Below the pieces are notes generated by a model, which saw only the letters and a program-made list of their open reading frames with translations, made no database searches and had not been told where the DNA came from. DNA of 57,816 bases. Source: Eubacteriales bacterium (GTDB taxonomy: Bacteria; Bacillota; Clostridia; Oscillospirales; CAG-272). Below are positions 54,135 to 57,816 of the stretch, one piece after another. The number at the start of each line of letters is the position of its first letter. The first letter of the stretch is position 1. The DNA lies in NCBI GenBank assembly GCA_045632185.1, contig JAZQWF010000057.1, forward strand, positions 1 through 57,816, in the 5' to 3' direction. A program made the position numbers and the translations under genes.

Positions 54135-55052
54135 ATGAAGAAAACCGTTATTTTGATTCTTGCTCTGCTGCCGATCGTGCTGGTTATCACGATCGCCTTT
54201 GCAGGGAAGATCCTATCCATTTATCATCATATCGCCGTGGAAAAGGTGGACTTTGTGAATGAGCTTGGCGTGCCGCTTGACGACGAGTTTATTCTTTACG
54301 TGAACGCGGGCGAAAGCAAGCCCACCACCGTGCGAGTCCTGCCGGAGATGGCCTCTAACCCCAAGGTTTCCTACGTTTCGCAGGACGAAACGATCTGCAC
54401 TGTTGATGCGGAAGGGAACGTGACCGGCGTGGCTGTCGGCGGCACAACGGTCCTGGTCAAATCGCTTGAGGGCGGAAAGACCGATATGCTTAACGTGGTA
54501 GTCACGGCGGACGCCGTCACAGGAGTTACGCTTCCGCAGAGCGCGCTGACGATGACCGTGGGAGAAACGCAGCTGCTGACCCCCACCGTACAGCCCTACA
54601 CGGCGCTGAACAAGGCGGTAACCTTTACCACTGACAATCCCGACGTGATCGCCGTTTCGGCAATGGGACACATTGCAGCCCGCGCGATCGGCACGGCAAC
54701 CGTTACCGTTACCACAGCAGACGGTAATTATACCGCCACCTGTACAGTCACGGTAGAGGACGGGACCCCGCCGCTTTCCTTTGATGCTTCCGCCGGTGTG
54801 GACATCGTTGCGCTGGGCGAGGGCTATTACCTGAACACCGATACCATTGATCTTGCCCCCTTCCTGATCTGTGATACCAACAAGATCGATCCGGCCACCG
54901 TTCAATGGCGCATCGCCGCCGGCAACGACGTTGCGGCCGTAACGGGCAGCACCGTAACCTTCGCAAAGAAGGGGCTGGTCACCGTGGAGGCCTTCGTGGG
55001 GAATGTAGCAGCGCCCACCTATTTCATTCAGATCAAGCTGCTGCACCAATAA
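54135..55052 (+). CDS. Signal-anchored protein with bacterial Ig-like (Big_2) domains
   Basis: N-terminal helix MKKTVILILALLPIVLVITIAFAG. Big_2-like units ...KVSYVSQDETICTVDAEGNVTGVAVGGTTVLV and ...VTFTTDNPDVIAVSAMGHIAARAIGTATVTV. Confidence 0.7.
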   Translation: MKKTVILILALLPIVLVITIAFAGKILSIYHHIAVEKVDFVNELGVPLDDEFILYVNAGESKPTTVRVLPEMASNPKVSYVSQDETICTVDAEGNVTGVAVGGTTVLVKSLEGGKTDMLNVVVTADAVTGVTLPQSALTMTVGETQLLTPTVQPYTALNKAVTFTTDNPDVIAVSAMGHIAARAIGTATVTVTTADGNYTATCTVTVEDGTPPLSFDASAGVDIVALGEGYYLNTDTIDLAPFLICDTNKIDPATVQWRIAAGNDVAAVTGSTVTFAKKGLVTVEAFVGNVAAPTYFIQIKLLHQ

Positions 55053-55116
55053 TTTGTCCTTAACATATTCGCCCACGGGTGGATATGCCAAAATAAAACT
55101 TAAGGAGAACAAAATT

Positions 55117-57519
55117 ATGAAAATCTTGAAAAAGCTATCCATCATTTGCCTGGCAATGCTGATGCTTTTCCTTCTTGTTGCCTGTGACGACAGCAAGGGA
55201 GAGCTGACGCTTCAGGCCGACAAGACCACTGCCTTGCGTGGCGAAACGGTCACTTTGAGCGTTGTGCTTAAAGTGGACGGCGCCGAAAGCACGCCTGAAA
55301 CCGTTACCTATGAGATCACCGAGGGTGCGGACAATGCGACCCTTACCGACAACAAGCTGGTGATCAAGGATGCTGCGCCTCATGGCGCGCAGATCAAGGT
55401 AAAGGCAAGCGCAAACGACCTCACCTCTAACGAGATCACCGTGAAGGTCAACGTGCCGCTGACGGCACTTTCTGCCACCTCATCCGCACAGGGCGAGATT
55501 GCACGCGGCTCCAGTGTCATTCTGCAAAAGACGATGACGCCAGCCGATTGTGCCGCTACGGTCACCTGGGTTCTGGTTGAGGGCGATACCGCCGCAGCCG
55601 TCGCGGGCGACGTGCTGGTCGTGAACCAGAATGCCGCAGCCGGCACCGTGATCAAGGTAAAGGCTGTTTGCGGCAGCATTGAAAGTAACGTGCTGACCTT
55701 CACCGTGTCGGCAACGCAGGAGGAGATCAACAGCTCCCGTTACCTGCTCAGCTTCCAAGAGGACCGCATCGTATTTGACAAGAACGGTCTTTCCGCCCCT
55801 GTGCTTGGCGTTGGCGTTTACAACTACAACCTGGAGGTCGTTACCGGTCTTATCGTGGATTATGAGATCCTCTCCGGCGAGGAATTTCTTGCGATTACCC
55901 CCAACGGCTACACCTGCGCACTCAGCGCGCTTGGCCACGGTGAGGCTACGGTGCGTGCCACCATTCGCGGCACCTCCGTTTCCCAGATCGCAACGGTCAA
56001 TGTAATCGTGCCCCCCTCTGCCATCAACCTCCCCGAGGTGTTCCGTGAGCGTCCCGGTTACACCTACACCCTTTCGATGCAGAATCCCAAGACCGCTGCT
56101 GCATACACGCTGCCCTTTGCACCTGTTGCGGCCGGCTCCGGCGCTTGCACGGATATGACCGTGACCTTCACGCACAAGGATGGCACCACCGGTGACGCTG
56201 TTGCGACCTTTGCCAACAATGCCATCACCTTTAACAAGGAGGGAGAAGTTACTGTTACCGTTTCCTCTAACTCCGGCAGCCGTTACGAGACCACGGTCTC
56301 TTACAAGTTCAACGTGAACAAGGGCTATAATGTTTCCAGCTTTGAGGAGCTGGTCGCTATCGCCAATGATCCCACCTATACCGGCACGCAGCCCATCAAT
56401 CTGGTCGTGACCCAGAAGCCCGTTGGAGCCACCGGCTACACCTATGGCTACGATCTTGTTCCCGCAACCGCACTGCTTGCACAAAGCCAACAGGCCTTTG
56501 CAGACATCATCGACATGAACAAGAGTCGCATCATCTTCTCGAACAAGGGCGGCGTGATCTACGGCAACCAGCATAAGATCGACGCTTCTCAGCTGCGCAT
56601 TCCCACAAGCGAAGAGATCAATGCCTTCAATGCCTTGGGCGGTGCCGGTTGGAGTGAGCACACGGCTCTGCTCAGCTTTGAGCCGTATGCCGATACCACA
56701 CTTCCTCTTGCCACCTATCGCGTAGAGCTTTATGATCTGGAGGTCGTTGGCAACTGCCCCATCACGCTGGACGCCAATACGGCAAGACCCGCAGGCGTTT
56801 ATAGGCGCGGCATTTACGTCGGCAGCTTGAATAACAACTTCCCGGCCAACTATTATCTGACCATGGAGAACGTCAATGCCACCGCTTGCTACGTTGGTAT
56901 GCGTTTGCTGCACGTGGTGGATGGCCGTATCGACAACGCGTTTGTTAACAACTGCTTCTCTAACGGTTTTGAGATCGGCGGCAGTATCCTGACGCTGAGC
57001 AACATCACCTACGGCGCTTGCGGTGCCACCGGTGTCGAGCTGGTTGCCGATCACTGCGATAAGGCAGGCATCGACCGCAATCAGAATCAGCAGATCACCT
57101 ACGCAGGCGACGTGAACGTGGAGTTCAGAAATAATAACCAGACCGAATATATGGAAAACTACAAGATCGATCTTGCCGGCTCCCAGATGACCATTGCACA
57201 GATCCTGGCGGCTTGCTTTGAGGCAAACGGCATGCAGCCCGCTCAGCTTGCACACTTCCTGAATGCTGACAACGAGATCGTTTATGTCACCTTCGTGTTC
57301 CACGATCTGGATCACGGCACACCCAACACCAGCCAAATCATTTATCCCGGCTTCCAGACCGGCGGTATCATCAATGCAAGAGATCTGCCCACCGACGGCA
57401 GCGTGGACAGCACGCATGAGTACATCGAATTTGACGTTGCGATTGCGGGCGTGGGTAACGCAGGTAAGGCCTATTTCTACAACTACAACTACGTTGCACC
57501 CGCCGGTGCAGCCAACTGA
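55117..57519 (+). CDS. 800-aa surface lipoprotein: N-terminal Ig-like repeats plus a probable beta-helix C-terminal region
   Basis: Lipobox LMLFLLVAC|DDS. Repeated units (TVTYEITEGADNATLTDNKLVIKD...IKVKA / TVTWVLVEGDTAAAVAGDVLVVNQ...IKVKA). Later NNCFSNGFEIGG-type segments. Start behind AAGGAG. Confidence 0.7.
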   Translation: MKILKKLSIICLAMLMLFLLVACDDSKGELTLQADKTTALRGETVTLSVVLKVDGAESTPETVTYEITEGADNATLTDNKLVIKDAAPHGAQIKVKASANDLTSNEITVKVNVPLTALSATSSAQGEIARGSSVILQKTMTPADCAATVTWVLVEGDTAAAVAGDVLVVNQNAAAGTVIKVKAVCGSIESNVLTFTVSATQEEINSSRYLLSFQEDRIVFDKNGLSAPVLGVGVYNYNLEVVTGLIVDYEILSGEEFLAITPNGYTCALSALGHGEATVRATIRGTSVSQIATVNVIVPPSAINLPEVFRERPGYTYTLSMQNPKTAAAYTLPFAPVAAGSGACTDMTVTFTHKDGTTGDAVATFANNAITFNKEGEVTVTVSSNSGSRYETTVSYKFNVNKGYNVSSFEELVAIANDPTYTGTQPINLVVTQKPVGATGYTYGYDLVPATALLAQSQQAFADIIDMNKSRIIFSNKGGVIYGNQHKIDASQLRIPTSEEINAFNALGGAGWSEHTALLSFEPYADTTLPLATYRVELYDLEVVGNCPITLDANTARPAGVYRRGIYVGSLNNNFPANYYLTMENVNATACYVGMRLLHVVDGRIDNAFVNNCFSNGFEIGGSILTLSNITYGACGATGVELVADHCDKAGIDRNQNQQITYAGDVNVEFRNNNQTEYMENYKIDLAGSQMTIAQILAACFEANGMQPAQLAHFLNADNEIVYVTFVFHDLDHGTPNTSQIIYPGFQTGGIINARDLPTDGSVDSTHEYIEFDVAIAGVGNAGKAYFYNYNYVAPAGAAN

Positions 57520-57545
57520 TTTTGCCTGCGCGAATACGTGCAGAC

Positions 57546-57582
57546 AAAAAGATCCCCCCGCATAGCGGGGGGATTCTTTTTT
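57546..57582 (+). terminator. Intrinsic terminator
   Basis: aaaaaGAtCCCCCCGCataGCGGGGGGaTTCtttttt. Confidence 0.85.
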
Positions 57583-57631
57583 ACTTCGTATTATGTGTCT
57601 TGTCAAGATGGTGATAAGAATGAGATTGGAC

Positions 57632-57675
57632 AAAAAACAACCCCTCCAACATTTCTGTTGAGGGGGGTGTTTTTT
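57632..57675 (+). terminator. Second terminator-like hairpin
   Basis: aaaaaacaaCCCCTCcaacatttctgttGAGGGGggtgtttttt. Confidence 0.6.
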
Positions 57676-57722
57676 CTTGCCTCGTCCGAATTACACGTTC
57701 GTATGGGTAAGGTATGGTCGAG

Positions 57723-57816
57723 GTGACAAGGTATTCGCGCGGTGCGCGAAAATTCACGCGCCCTGCGCCTGGCGTGCAAGCCCGCCGATCTTCGGGCGGT
57801 GAAACCGAACTTGCGT
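57723..57816 (+). repeat. Direct repeat, copy 2 (identical to 49161-49254; truncated by the window end)
   Basis: 94 of 94 nt identical to copy 1 by direct comparison. The flanks differ upstream (t at 49160, g at 57722). Confidence 0.95.

Noticed and set aside
45454-57816. Calling the whole accessory region a mobile element, prophage or ICE
   Set aside because: No integrase, recombinase, transposase, relaxase or phage structural gene is recognisable in the window. Only the compositional shift and the direct repeats support horizontal origin, so I report those as findings rather than as a mobile_element feature.

Overview
This 57.8-kb window is a GC-rich chromosomal segment from an anaerobic Firmicute. 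The gene content looks like Clostridia of the Oscillospiraceae/Ruminococcaceae type; that placement is inference. I found no rRNA, tRNA, CRISPR array, integrase or transposase.

Most of the window is core anaerobe metabolism:
- an HdrCBA-MvhD operon with two extra Fe-S proteins (1-5253, minus strand)
- a two-gene SufC/SufBD pair, mutY and citrate synthase
- a glycogen operon (glgB-glgA-glgP plus a GH13 gene)
- a PHP histidinol phosphatase
- an operon of two membrane proteins and a membrane-anchored M20 peptidase
- a Trp T-box leader controlling a stand-alone trpB
- the SCIFF RiPP pair: a 47-aa precursor missing from the ORF track, and its radical-SAM maturase, which is start/stop-coupled to a PLP decarboxylase
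- proA, an aldose epimerase, an orphan sugar-type substrate-binding lipoprotein, prmC and ddl
- a CvpA-like membrane protein, an amidase-domain protein, and a flavodiiron protein with rubredoxin
- a membrane LuxR solo next to a Cys-repeat/MBG surface protein that appears 3'-truncated
- a HydABC-type bifurcating [FeFe] hydrogenase followed by a group-B-like [FeFe] hydrogenase

The accessory part starts at about 45.46 kb:
- An abruptly AT-rich cassette of seven genes in one operon (45.8-49.1 kb): XRE regulator, GIY-YIG/DUF4357 nuclease, Nudix, stand-alone TipAS, rhodanese lipoprotein, PD-(D/E)xK-like protein, and a divergent peptide deformylase. I cannot match this combination to any named system. 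It is my best candidate for an undescribed defence or stress module.
- A hairpin-dense element of about 190 nt directly after the cassette. Its first 94 nt recur identically at the right window edge.
- About 1 kb of palindrome-rich non-coding DNA and a five-gene envelope operon (YwaF/TMEM164-like membrane protein, ABC exporter, two Ig-like surface proteins), both lying between the two repeat copies.

All family calls come from motif recognition by eye. No database searches were run.
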